Assembly: GCF_009914755.1 (NCBI RefSeq)
Contig: NC_060946.1
Origin: the human T2T-CHM13v2.0 reference genome, Homo sapiens
DNA: 64,000 nt
Reading direction: 5' to 3' (one strand)
Below the pieces are notes generated by a model, which did no database searches, was not told the DNA's origin, and saw only the letters and a program-made list of their open reading frames with translations. Below, piece after piece: positions 26,901-40,600 of the stretch. A program made the position numbers and the translations under genes. Numbering within the stretch: the first letter of the stretch is position 1; every line of letters starts with the position of its first letter.

Positions 26901-29900
26901 TTTTATGTGAAGATACTTCCTTTGTCACCATTGGCCTCAAAGCACTCCTAATATCCATTTACAGATGTCACAGAAAGAGTGTTTCCAAACTGCTCAATTA
27001 AAAGAAAGTGTTTAACTCTGTGAGGTGAAAGCACACATCTCAAAGAAGTTTCTCCGAAAGCTTCGGTCTAGTTTTCATGTGATGATATTTCCAGTCTCAC
27101 CATAGGCCTCAAAGGGCTAAGAAATATCCCTTTCCAGATTCTAAAAGACCACCATTTCCATACTTCTCAATCAAAAGAAAGGTTAAATTCTGTGAGGTTA
27201 ATGCACACATCAGAATGAAGTTTCTCAGAATTCTCCTGTCTAGTTTTCATGGGAAGATATTTACTATTTCACTATAGGCTTCAAATGTCTCAAAAATATC
27301 CCTTTGCAGATTCTACAAAAATATGCTTTCCAAAGTGCTGAATTAAAAGAAACCTTCAACTTTGTCTGATGAATGGAGACATCACAAAGAAGTTCCTCAG
27401 AATGCTTCTGTCTAGTTGAAATGTGAAGACATTTCTTTTTCACCATAGACCTCAAAGGGCTCAGAATTAGACCTTTGCAGATTGCAGAGAAAGACTGTCT
27501 CTAAACTGCTCAAATAAAATAAAGTTTCAACACGGTGAGATGAATGCACACATCACAAAGAAGTTCCTCAGAAAGCTTCTGTCTGGTTTATATGTGAAGA
27601 TATTTCCTTTTTCACCATAGGCCTTACACCGCTCACAAATATCCTTCTGCAGATACTATAAAAAGACGGTTTCCAAACTGCTCCATCAAAAGAAAATTTC
27701 ACCTATCTGAGATGAATGCACACATCATAAAGAAGTTCCTCAGAATTCTTCTGTCTAGTTTTTATGTGAAGGTGTTTCCATTTTCACCTTAGGCCACAAA
27801 GCGCCCCAAACATCCATTTGCAGATGATACGAAAAGACTGTTTCCACACTGCTCAATCAAAAGAAATTTTCAACTCTGTGAGATGAAAGCACACATCACA
27901 AAAAAGTTTCTCAGAAATCTTCTGTCTCGCTTTTATCTCAAGATAATTCCTATTTTGCCATAGGAATCAAGGGGCTCACATATACCCCTTTGCAGATGCT
28001 ACAAAAGTTCTCCTTACAAACTTCTCAATCAAAAGAAACGTTCAACATTGTGAGATGAATGAACACATCCCAAAGACGTTTCTCAGGTTGCTTCTGTCTG
28101 GTTGCTATGTGAAGATGTTTCCTTTTTCACCATAGTCTTTAAGCCACTCAAAAATATCTGTCTGCAGACTCTACAAAAAGACTGTTTCCAAACTGGCCCA
28201 TATGGCATGTTTCAACTATGTGAAATGAATGCACTCATCAAAAAGAAGTTTCTCAGGAGTCTCCTGTCTAGTTTTTATGTGAAGATATTTCCTTTTTCAC
28301 CGTAGGCCACAAATTGCTCCAAATATCCATTTGCAGATTCTACAAAAAGAATGTTCCCAAACTGGTCAATCAACAGAAAGGCGCAACTCTGTGAGACGAA
28401 AGCACACATCACAAAGAAGTTTCTCGGAAAGCCTCTGTCTACATTTTCTGTGAAGGTATTTCCTTTGGCACCAAAGGCCTTAAACCGCTCGCAAATATGA
28501 CTCCACGTGTACTACGAAGAGACTTTCTCCAAATTCCTAAATCAAAAGAAAGGTTCAACTCTGTGAGATGAATACACACATCAAAAAGAAGTTTCTCAAA
28601 ATGCTTCTGTCTAGTTTTCATGGGAAGATATTTATTTTTCACCGTTGGTCCCAAACCGCTCAGAAATATCCCTTTGCAGTTTGTAGGAAAAGACTGCTTC
28701 CAAACTGCTCAATGAAAGGAAATGGTCAACTATTAGAGATGAATGGAAATGTCGCAAAGAGTTTTCTCAAAAAGCTACTGTGTTGTTTTTATGTGAAGAC
28801 ATTGCCTTTTGCACCCTAGGCCTTAAAACTCTCTAAATACACATTCACAGATTCTACAAAAAGACTGATTCCAAACTGCTCAATCAGAAGAAGGGTTCAA
28901 TTCCGTGTGACAAACGTGCACATCACCAAGAAATTGGTCAGAAAGCTTCTGTCTACTTTTTATGTGAAGATATTTCATATTTCAACAAAGGCCATAAAGG
29001 GCTCACAAATATCCCTTCGCAGATTCTAAGAAAAGACGTTTTCCAAACTCCTCAATCAAAAGAAAGGTTTAAATCTGTGAGATGAATGGACACATCACGA
29101 AGAAGTTTCTCAGAAAGCTTCTGTCTAGTTTTTCTGTGAAGTTATTTCTTTTTCACCATAGGCCTCAAGCAGCTAATAAATTGCCCTCTGCAGCTTCTAC
29201 CAAAGACTGTTTCCAAACTGCTCACCTGAAAGAAAGGTTGAATTCTGTGACATGAATTCACACATCACAAAGAGGTTTTTCAGAAATCTTCTGTCTCGTT
29301 TTTAGGTGAAGATACTTCCTTTTTCACCACGGGCCTCAAATATCTCCAAATATCCATTTGCAGATTCTACAGAAAGACTTTCCAAACTGCTCAATCAAAA
29401 GAAAGGTTCGACACTGTGAGATGAAGGCACACATCACCAAGAAGTTTCTCAGAAACCTTCTGTCTAGTTTTTAGGTGAAGATACTTCGTATTTCACCACA
29501 GGCCATAAAGGGCTCACAAATATCCCTCTGCAGGTTCTACAAAAAGACTGTTTCCAAACTGCCCAATCAAAGGAGAAGTTCAACTCTGTGACGTAAATGG
29601 ACACATCACAAAAAATTTCTTGGAATGCTTCCGTCTGGTTCTTATGGGAAGATATTTCTCTTTCATCATAAGCCTCAAACGGATCAGAATTCTCCCTTTG
29701 CAGATTGTACAATAAGCCTCTTTCCAATCTGCTCAATCAAAAGAAAGTTTCCACTCGGTGAGGTGAATGCACAGATCGCAAGGGAGTTTCTCAGAAAGCT
29801 TCTGTTTAGTTTTTACGTGAAGATATTTCGTTTTTCACCACGGGCCTCAAAAGCTCTCCAAATATCCCTTTGCAGATTCTAGAAAAAGAGTGTTTCCAAA

Positions 29901-30823
29901 CTCCTCAATCAAAGGATAGTTTCAATTCTGTGAGATGAAAGCACACATCACAACGAAGTTTCTTAGAAAGCGTCTGTCTAGTTTTTATGTGAAGATACTT
30001 CACATTGCATCACAGTACTCAATGGGCTCAGAAATATCCCCTTGCAGATCCTACAAATGGACTGTTTCAAAACTGCTCAATCCAAAGAAAGCTTCAACTA
30101 TGTGACACGAATGCACACGTCACGAAGACCTTCCTCAGAATGCTTCTGTCTAGTTTACATTTGAAGAAGATTCCTATTTCACCATAGGCAATAAAGGGCT
30201 CACAAATGTTTTTTGCAGATTCTCCGAAAAGACTGTATCCAAACTGCTCAATAAAAAGAAAGTTTTAACTGTGTTCGATTAGTGGACACATCAAAAAGTA
30301 GTTTCTCAGAAAACTTCTGTGTAGTTTTTATGTGAAGATACTTCCTTTGTCACCATTGGCCTCAAAGCACTCCTAATATCCATTTACAGATGTCACAGAA
30401 AGAGTGTTTCCAAACTGCTCAATCAAAAGAAAGTGTTTAACTCTGTGAGGTGAAAGCACACATCTGAAAGAAGTTTCTCCGAAAGCTTCGGTCTAGTTTT
30501 CATGTGATGATATTTCCAGTCTCACCATAGGCCTCAAAGGGCTAAGAAATATCCCTTTCCAGATTCTAAAAGACCACCATTTCCATACTTCGCAATCAAA
30601 AGAAAGGTTACATTCTGTGAGGTTAATGCACACATCAGAATGAAGTTTCTCAGAATTCTCCTGTCTAGTTTTCATGGGAAGATATTTACTATTTCACTAT
30701 AGGCTTCAAATGTCTCAAAAATATCCCTTTGCAGATTCTACAAAAATATGCTTCCCAAAGTGCTGAATTAAAAGAAACCTTCAACTCTGTCAGATGAATG
30801 GAGACATCACAAAGAAGTTCCTC
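23974..30823 (-). repeat. HOR copies 8-9 (starts 23974, 27399), haplotype 'B' and B-related
   Basis: Both copies carry CAGATGCTAC, TTTCCACACTG and AATCAACAGAAAGG. Copy 8 also has CACCGATGGCCCAAAA, CCTTACAACTC, GAAAGGAAGG and TCTAGATTTT. Confidence 0.75.
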
Positions 30824-33800
30824 AGAATGCTTCTGTCTAGTTGAAATGTGAAGACATTTCTTTTTCACCATAGACCTCAAAGGGCTCAGAATTAGACCTT
30901 TGCAGATTGCAGAGAAAGACTGTCTCTAAACTGCTCAAATAAAATAAAGTTTCAACACGGTGAGATGAATGCACACATCACAAAGAAGTTCCTCAGAAAG
31001 CTTCTGTCTGTTTTTTATGTGAAGATATTTCCTTTTTCACCATAGGCCTTACACCGCTCACAAATATCCTTCTGCAGATACTATAAAAAGACGGTTTCCA
31101 AACTGCTCCATCAAAAGAAAATTTCACCTATCTGAGATGAATGCACACATCATAAAGAAGTTCCTCAGAATTCTTCTGTCTAGTTTTTATGTGAAGGTGT
31201 TTCCATTTTCACCTTAGGCCACAAAGCGCCCCAAACATCCATTTGCAGATGATACGAAAAGACTGTTTCCACACTGCTCAATCAAAAGAAATTTTCAACT
31301 CTGTGAGATGAAAGCACACATCACAAAAAAGTTTCTCAGAAATTTTCTGTCTCGCTTTTATCTCAAGATAATTCCTATTTTGCCATAGGAATCAAGGGGC
31401 TCACATATATCCCTTTGCAGATTCTACAAAAGTTCTCCTTACAAACTTCTCAATCAAAAGAAACGTTCAACATTGTGAGATGAATGAACACATCCCAAAG
31501 ACGTTTCTCAGGTTGCTTCTGTCTGGTTGCTATGTGAAGATGTTTCCTTTTTCACCATAGTCTTTAAGCCACTCAAAAATATCTGTCTGCAGACTCTACA
31601 AAAAGACTGTTTCCAAACTGGCCCATAAGGCATGTTTCAACTATGTGAAACGAATGCACTCATCAAAAGAAGTTTCTCAGGAGTCTCCTGTCTAGTTTTT
31701 ATGTGAAGATATTTCCTTTTTCACCGTAGGCCACAAATTGCTCCAAATATCCATTTGCAGATTCTACAAAAAGAATGTTCCCAAACTGTTCATTCAACAG
31801 AAGGGCGCAACTCTGTGAGACGAAAGCACACATCACAAAGAAGTTTCTCGGAAAGCCTCTGTCTACATTTTATGTCAAGGTATTTCCTTTGGCACCATAG
31901 GCCTTAATCCGTTCGCAAATATAACTCCACTTATACTACCAAGAGACTTTCTCCAAATTGCTAAATCAAAAGAAAGGTTCAACTCTGTGAGATGAATACA
32001 CACATCAAAAAGAAGTTTCTCAAAATGCTTCTGTCTAGTTTTCATGGGAAGATATTTATTTTACACCGTTGGCCCCAAACCGCTCAGAAATATCCCTTTG
32101 CAGTTTGTAGGAAAAGACTGCTTCCAAACTGCTCAATGAAAGGAAATGGTCAACTATTAGAGATGAATGGAAATGTCGCAAAGAGTTTTCTCAAAAAGCT
32201 ACTGTGTCGTTTTTATGTGAAGACATTGCCTTTTGCACCCTAGGCCTTAAAACTCTCTAAATACACATTCACAGATTCTACAAAAAGACTGATTGCAAAC
32301 TGCTCAATCAGAAGAAGGGTTCAATTCCGTGTGACAAACGTGCACATCGCCAAGAAATTTTTCAGAAAGCTTCTGTCTACTTTTTATGTGAAGATATTTC
32401 ATATTTCAACAAAGGCCATAAAGGGCTCACAAATATCCCTTCGCAGATTCTAAGAAAAGACGTTTTCCAAACTCCTCAATCAAAAGAAAGGTTTAACTCT
32501 GTGAGATGAATGGACACATCACGAAGAAGTTTCTCAGAAAGCTTCTGTCTAGTTTTTCTGTGAAGATATTTCTTTTTCACCTTAGGCCTCAAGCAGCTAA
32601 GAAATTTCCCTCTGCAGCTTCTACCAAAGACTGTTTCCAAACTGCTCACCTGAAAGAAAGGTTGAATTCTGTGACATGAATTCACACATCACAAAGAGGT
32701 TTTTCAGAAATCTTCTGTCTGGTTTTTAGGTGAAGATACTTCCTTTTTCACCACGGGCCTCAAATATCTCCAAATATCCATTTGCAGATTCTACAGAAAG
32801 ACTTTGCAAACTGCTCAATCAAAAGAAGGGTTCAACACTGTGAGATGAAGGCACACATCACCAAGAACTTTCTCAGAAACCTTCTGTCTAGTTTTTAGGT
32901 GAAGATACTTCGTATTTCACCGCAGGCCATAAAGGGCTCACAAATATCCCTCTGCAGGTTCTACAAAAAGACTGTTTCCAAACTGCCCAATCAAAGGAGA
33001 GGTTCAACTCTGTGACGTAAATGGACACATCACAAAAAATTTCTTGGAATGCTTCCGTCTAGTTTTTATGGGAAGATATTTCTCCTTCACCGTAAGCCTC
33101 AAACGGATCAGAATTCTCCCTTGGCAGATTGTACAAAAAGCCTCTTTCCAATCTGCTCAATCAAAAGAAAGTTTCCACTCGGTGAGGTGAATGCACACAT
33201 CGCAAGGGAGTTTCTCAGAAAGCTTCTGTTTAGTTTTTACGTGAAGATATTTCGTTTTTCACCACGGGCCTCAAAAGCTCTCCAAATATCCATTTGCAGA
33301 TTCTAGAAAAAGAGTGTTTCCAAACTCCTCAATCAAAGGATAGTTTCAATTCTGTGAGATGAAAGCACACATCACAACGAAGTTTCTTAGAAAGCGTCTG
33401 TCTAGTTTTTATGTGAAGATACTTCACATTGCATCACAGTACTCAATGGGCTCAGAAATATCCCCTTGCAGATCCTACAAAAGGACTGTTTCAAAACTGC
33501 TCAATCCAAAGAAAGTTTCAAGTATGTGAGACGAATGCACACGTCACGAAGACGTTCCTCAGAATGCTTCTGTCTAGTTTACCTGTGAAGAAGATTTCTA
33601 TTTCACCATAGGCAATAAAGGGCTCACAAATGTTTTTTGCAGATTCTCCGAAAAGACTGTATCCAAACTGCTCAATAAAAAGAAAGTTTTAACTGTGTTC
33701 GATTAGTGGACACATCAAAAAGTAGTTTCTCAGAAAACTTCTGTGTAGTTTTTATGTGAAGATACTTCCTTTGTCACCATTGGCCTCAAAGCACTCCTAA

Positions 33801-36800
33801 TATCCATTTACAGATGTCACAGAAAGAGTGTTTCCAAACTGCTCAATCAAAAGAAAGTGTTTAACTCTGTGAGGTGAAAGCACACATCTCAAAGAAGTTT
33901 CTCCGAAAGCTTCGGTCTAGTTTTCATGTGATGATATTTCCAGTCTCACCATAGGCCTCAAAGGGCTAAGAAATATCCCTTTCCAGATTCTAAAAGACCA
34001 CCATTTCCATACTTCTCAATCAAAAGAAAGGTTAAATTCTGTGAGGTTAATGCACACATCAGAATGAAGTTTCTCAGAATTCTCCTGTCTAGTTTTCATG
34101 GGAAGATATTTACTATTTCACTATAGGCTTCAAATGTCTCAAAAATATCCCTTTGCAGATTCTACAAAAATATGCTTCCCAAAGTGCTGAATTAAAAGAA
34201 ACCTTCAACTCTGTCAGATGAATGGAGACATCACAAAGAAGTTCCTCAGAATGCTTCTGTCTAGTTGAAATGTGAAGACATTTCTTTTTCACCATAGACC
34301 TCAAAGGGCTCAGAATTAGACCTTTGCAGATTGCAGAGAAAGACTGTCTCTAAACTGCTCAAATAAAATAAAGTTTCAACACGGTGAGATGAATGCACAC
34401 ATCACAAAGAAGTTCCTCAGAAAGCTTCTATCTGGTTTTTATGTGAAGATATTTCCTTTTTCACCATAGGCCTTACACCGCTCACAAATATCCTTCTGCA
34501 GATACTATAAAAAGACGGTTTCCAAACTGCTCCATCAAAAGAAAATTTCACCTATCTGAGATGAATGCACACATCATAAAGAAGTTCCTCAGAATTCTTC
34601 TGTCTAGTTTTTATGTGAAGGTGTTTCCATTTTCACCTTAGGCCACAAAGCGCCCCAAACATCCATTTGCAGATGATACGAAAAGACTGTTTCCACACTG
34701 CTCAATCAAAAGAAATTTTCAACTCTGTGAGATGAAAGCACACATCACAAAAAAGTTTCTCAGAAATTTTCTGTCTCGCTTTTATCTCAAGATAATTCCT
34801 ATTTTGCCATAGGAATCAAGGGGCTCACATATATCCCTTTGCAGATTCTACAAAAGTTCTCCTTACAAACTTCTCAATCAAAAGAAACGTTCAACATTGT
34901 GAGATGAATGAACACATCCCAAAGACGTTTCTCAGGTTGCTTCTGTCTGGTTGCTATGTGAAGATGTTTCCTTTTTCACCATAGTCTTTAAGCCACTCAA
35001 AAATATCTGTCTGCAGACCCTACAAAAAGACTGTTTCCAAACTGGCCCATAAGGCATGTTTCAACTATGTGAAACGAATGCACTCATCAAAAGAAGTTTC
35101 TCAGGAGTCTCCTGTCTAGTTTTTATGTGAAGATATTTCCTTTTTCACCGTAGGCCACAAATTGCTCCAAATATCCATTTGCAGATTCTACAAAAAGAAT
35201 GTTCCCAAACTGTTCATTCAACAGAAGGGCGCAACTCTGTGAGACGAAAGCACACATCACAAAGAAGTTTCTCAGAAAGCCTCTGTCTACATTTTATGTG
35301 AAGGTATTTCCTTTGGCACCATAGGCCTTAAACCGTTTGCAAATATAACTCCACTTATACTACCAAGAGACTTTCTCCAAATTGCTAAATCAAAAGAAAG
35401 GTTCAACTCTGTGAGATGAATACACACATCAAAAAGAAGTTTCTCAAAATGCTTCTGTCTAGTTTTCATGGGAAGATATTTATTTTACACCGTTGGCCCC
35501 AAACCGCTCAGAAATATCCCTTTGCAGTTTGTAGGAAAAGACTGCTTCCAAACTGCTCAATGAAAGGAAATGGTCAACTATTAGAGATGAATGGAAATGT
35601 CGCAAAGAGTTTTCTCAAAAAGCTACTGTGTCGTTTTTATGTGAAGACATTGCCTTTTGCACCCTAGGCCTTAAAACTCTCTAAATACACATTCACAGAT
35701 TCTACAAAAAGACTGATTGCAAACTGCTCAATCAGAAGAAGGGTTCAATTCCGTGTGACAAACGTGCACATCGCCAAGAAATTTGTCAGAAAGCTTCTGT
35801 CTACTTTTTATGTGAAGATATTTCATATTTCAACAAAGGCCATAAAGGGCTCACAAATATCCCTTCGCAGATTCTAAGAAAAGACGTTTTCCAAACTCCT
35901 CAATCAAAAGAAAGGTTTAACTCTGTGAGATGAATGGACACATCACGAAGAAGTTTCTCAGAAAGCTTCTGTCTAGTTTTTCTGTGAAGATATTTCTTTT
36001 TCACCTTAGGCCTCAAGCAGCTAAGAAATTTCCCTCTGCAGCTTCTACCACAGACTGTTTCCAAACTGCTCACCTGAAAGAAAGGTTGAATTCTGTGACA
36101 TGAATTCACACATCACAAAGAGGTTTTTCAGAAATCTTCTGTCTGGTTTTTAGGTGAAGATACTTCCTTTTTCACCACGGGCCTCAAATATCTCCAAATA
36201 TCCATTTGCAGATTCTACAGAAAGACTTTGCAAACTGCTCAATCAAAAGAAGGGTTCAACACTGTGAGATGAAGGCACACATCACCAAGAACTTTCTCAG
36301 AAACCTTCTGTCTTGTTTTTAGGTGAAGATACTTCGTATTTCACCACAGGCCATAAAGGGCTCACAAATATCCCTCTGCAGGTTCTACAAAAAGACTGTT
36401 TCCAAACTGCCCAATCAAAGGAGAGGTTCAACTCTGTGACGTAAATGGACACATCACAAAAAATTTCTTGGAATGCTTCCGTCTAGTTTTTATGGGAAGA
36501 TATTTCTCTTTCACCGTAAGCCTCAAACGGATCAGAATTCTCCCTTTGCAGATTGTACAAAAAGCCTCTTTCCAATCTGCTCAATCAAAAGAAAGTTTCC
36601 ACTCGGTGAGGTGAATGCACACATCGCAAGGGAGTTTCTCAGAAAGCTTCTGTTTAGTTTTTACGTGAAGATATTTCGTTTTTCACCACGGGCCTCAAAA
36701 GCTCTCCAAATATCCATTTGCAGATTCTAGAAAAAGAGTGTTTCCAAACTCCTCAATCAAAGGATAGTTTCAATTCTGTGAGATGAAAGCACACATCACA

Positions 36801-37671
36801 ACGAACTTTCTTAGAAAGCGTCTGTCTAGTTTTTATGTGAAGATACTTCACATTGCATCACAGTACTCAATGGGCTCAGAAATATCCCCTTGCAGATCCT
36901 ACAAAAGGACTGTTTCAAAACTGCTCAATCCAAAGAAAGTTTCAACTATGTGAGACGAATGCACACGTCACGAAGACGTTCCTCAGAATGCTTCTGTCTA
37001 GTTTACCTGTGAAGAAGATTTCTATTTCACCATAGGCAATAAAGGGCTCACAAATGTTTTTTGCAGATTCTCCGAAAAGACTGTATCCAAACTGCTCAAT
37101 AAAAAGAAAGTTTTAACTGTGTTCGATTAGTGGACACATCAAAAAGTAGTTTCTCAGAAAACTTCTGTGTAGTTTTTATGTGAAGATACTTCCTTTGTCA
37201 CCATTGGCCTCAAAGCACTCCTAATATCCATTTACAGATGTCACAGAAAGAGTGTTTCCAAACTGCTCAATCAAAAGAAAGTGTTTAACTCTGTGAGGTG
37301 AAAGCACACATCTCAAAGAAGTTTCTCCGAAAGCTTCGGTCTAGTTTTCATGTGATGATATTTCCAGTCTCACCATAGGCCTCAAAGGGCTAAGAAATAT
37401 CCCTTTCCAGATTCTAAAAGACCACCATTTCCATACTTCTCAATCAAAAGAAAGGTTAAATTCTGTGAGGTTAATGCACACATCAGAATGAAGTTTCTCA
37501 GAATTCTCCTGTCTAGTTTTCACGTGAAGATATTTACTATTTCACTATAGGCTTCAAATGTCTCAAAAATATCCCTTTGCAGATTCTACAAAAATATGCT
37601 TTCCAAAGTGCTGAATTAAAAGAAACCTTCAACTCTGTCAGATGAATGGAGGCATCACAACGAAGTTCCTC
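30824..37671 (-). repeat. HOR copies 10-11 (starts 30824, 34248; both 3424 bp), haplotype 'D'
   Basis: They share a 1-bp deletion (CATCAAAAGAAG, ~31665 and ~35089) and the SNPs GGCCCATAAGG, CTGTTCATTCAACAGAAGGG, ATTTTACACCG, GATTGCAAAC, AAGAACTTTC and ACCTGTGAAG. Confidence 0.85.
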
Positions 37672-40600
37672 AGAATGCTTCTGTCTAGTTGAAATGTGAA
37701 GACATTTCTTTTTCACCATAGACCTCAAAGGGCTCAGAATTAGACCTTTGCAGATTGCAGAGAAAGACTGTGTCTAAACTGCTCAAATAAAATAAAGTTT
37801 CAACACGGTGAGATGAATGCACACATCACAAAGAAGTTCCTCAGAAAGCTTCTGTCTGGTTTTTATGTGAAGATATTTCCTTTTTCACCATAGGCCTTAC
37901 ACCGCTCACAAATATCCTTCTGCAGATACTATAAAAAGACGGTTTCCAAACTGCTCCATCAAAAGAAAATTTCACCTATCTGAGATGAATGCACACATCA
38001 TACAGAAGTTCCTCAGAATTCTTCTGTCTAGTTTTTATGTGAAGGTGTTTCCATTTTCACCTTAGGCCACAAAGCGCCCCAAACTTCCATTTGCAGATGA
38101 TACGAAAAGACTGTTTCCAAACTGCTCAATCAAAAGAAATTTTCAACTCTGTGAGATGAAAGCACACATCACAAAAAAGTTTCTCAGAAATCTTCTGTCT
38201 CGCTTTTATCTCAAGATAATTCCTATTTTGCCATAGGAATCAAGGGGCTCACATATATCCCTTTGCAGATTCTACAAAAGTTCTCCTTACAAACTTCTCA
38301 ATCAAAAGAAACGTTCAACATTGTGAGATGAATGAACACATCCCAAAGACGTTTCTCAGGTTGCTTCTGTCTGGTTGCTATGTGAAGATGTTTCCTTTTT
38401 CACCAAAGTCTTTAAGCCACTCAAAAATATCTGTCTGCAGACTCTACCAAAAGACTGTTTCCAAACTGGCCCATATGGCATGTTTCAACTATGTGAAATG
38501 AATGCACTCATCAAAAAGAAGTTTCTCAGGAGTCTCCTGTCTACTTTTTATGTGAAGATATTTCCTTTTTCACCGTAGGCCACAAATTGCTCCAAATATC
38601 CATTTGCAGATTCTACAAAAAGAATGTTCCCAAACTGGTCAATCAAAAGAAAGGCGCAACTCTGTGAGACGAAAGCACACATCACAAAGAAGTTTCTCGG
38701 AAAGCCTCTGTCTGCATTTTATGTGAAGGTATTTCCTTTGGCACCATAGGCCTTAAACCGCTCGCAAATATGACTCCACTTATACTACCAAGAGACTTTC
38801 TCCAAATTGCTAAATCAAAAGAAAGGTTCAACTCTGTGAGATGAATACACACATCAAAAAGAAGTTTCTCAAAATGCTTCTGTCTAGTTTTCATGGGAAG
38901 ATATTTATTTTTCACCGTTGGCCCCAAACCGCTCAGAAATATCCCTTTGCAGTTTGTAGAAAAAGACTGCTTCCAAACTGCTCAATGAAAGGAAATGGTC
39001 AACTATTAGAGATGAATGGAAATGTCACAAAGAGTTTTCTCAAAAAGCTACTGTGTCGTTTTTATGTGAAGATATTGCCTTTGGCACCCTAGGCCTTAAA
39101 ACTCTCTAAATACACATTCACAGATTCTACAAAAAGACTGATTCCAAACTGCTCAATCAGAAGAAGGGTTCAATTCCGTGTGACAAACGTGCACATCACC
39201 AAGGAATTTGTCAGAAAGCTTCTGTCTACTTTTTATGTGAAGTTATTTCATATTTCAACAAAGGCCATAAAGGGCTCACAAATATCCCTTCGCAGATTCT
39301 AAGAAAAGACGTTTTCCAAACTCCTCAATCAAAAGAAAGCTTTAACTCTGTGAGATGAATGGACACATCACGAAGAAGTTTCTCAGAAAGCTTCTGTCTA
39401 GTTTTTCTGTGAAGATATTTCTTTTTCACCATAGGCCTCAAGCAGCTAAGAAATTTCCCTCTGCAGCTTCTACCAAAGACTGTTTCCAAACTGCTCACCT
39501 GAAAAAAAGGTTGAATTCTGTGACATGAATTCACACATCACAAAGAGGTTTTTCAGAAATCTTCTGTCTGGTTTTTAGGTGAAGATACTTCCTTTTTCAC
39601 CACGGGCCTCAAATATCTCCAAATATCCATTTGCAGATTCTACAGAAAGACGTTGCAAACTGCTCAATCAAAAGAAAGGTTTAACAGTGTGAGATGAAGG
39701 GACACATCACCAAGAAGTTTCTCAGAAACCTTCTGTCTAGTTTTTAGGTGAAGATACTTCGTATTTCACCACAGGCCATAAAGGGCTCACAAATATCCCT
39801 CTGCAGGTTCTACAAAAAGACTGTTTCCCAACTGCCCAATCAAAGGAGAGGTTCAACTCTGTGACGTAAATGGACACATCACAAAAAATTTCTTGGAATG
39901 CTTCCGTCTAGTTCTTATGGGAAGATATTTTTCTTTCACCGTAAGCCTCAAACGGATCAGAATTCTCCCTTTGCAGATTGTACAATAAGCCTCTTTCCAA
40001 TCTGCTCAATCAAAAGAAAGTTTCCACTCGGTGAGGTGAATGCGCACATCGCAAGGGAGTTTCTCAGAAAGCTTCTGTTTAGTTTTTACGTGAAGGTATT
40101 TCGTTTTTCACCACGGGCCTCAAAAGCTCTCCAAATATCCATTTGCAGATTCTAGAAAAAGAGTGTTTCCAAACTCCTCAATCAAAGGATAGTTTCACTT
40201 CTGTGAGAGGAAAGCAGACATCACAACGAAGTTTCTTAGAAAGCGTCTGTCTAGTTTTTATGTGAAGATACTTCACATTGCATCACAGTACTCAATGGGC
40301 TCAGAAATATCCCCTTGCAGATCCTAGAAAAGGACTGTTTCAAAACTGCTCAATCCAAAGAAAGTTTCAACTATGTGAGACGAATGCACACGTCACGAAG
40401 ACGTTCCTCAGAATGCTTCTGTCTAGTTTACATGTGAAGAAGATTCCTATTTCACCATAGGCAATAAAGGGCTCACAAATGTTTTTTGCAGATTCTCCAA
40501 AAAGACTGTATCCAAACTGCTCAATAAAAGGAAAGTTTTAACTCTGTTACATTAATGGACACATCAAAAAGTAGTTTCTCAGGAAACTTCTGTATAGTTT

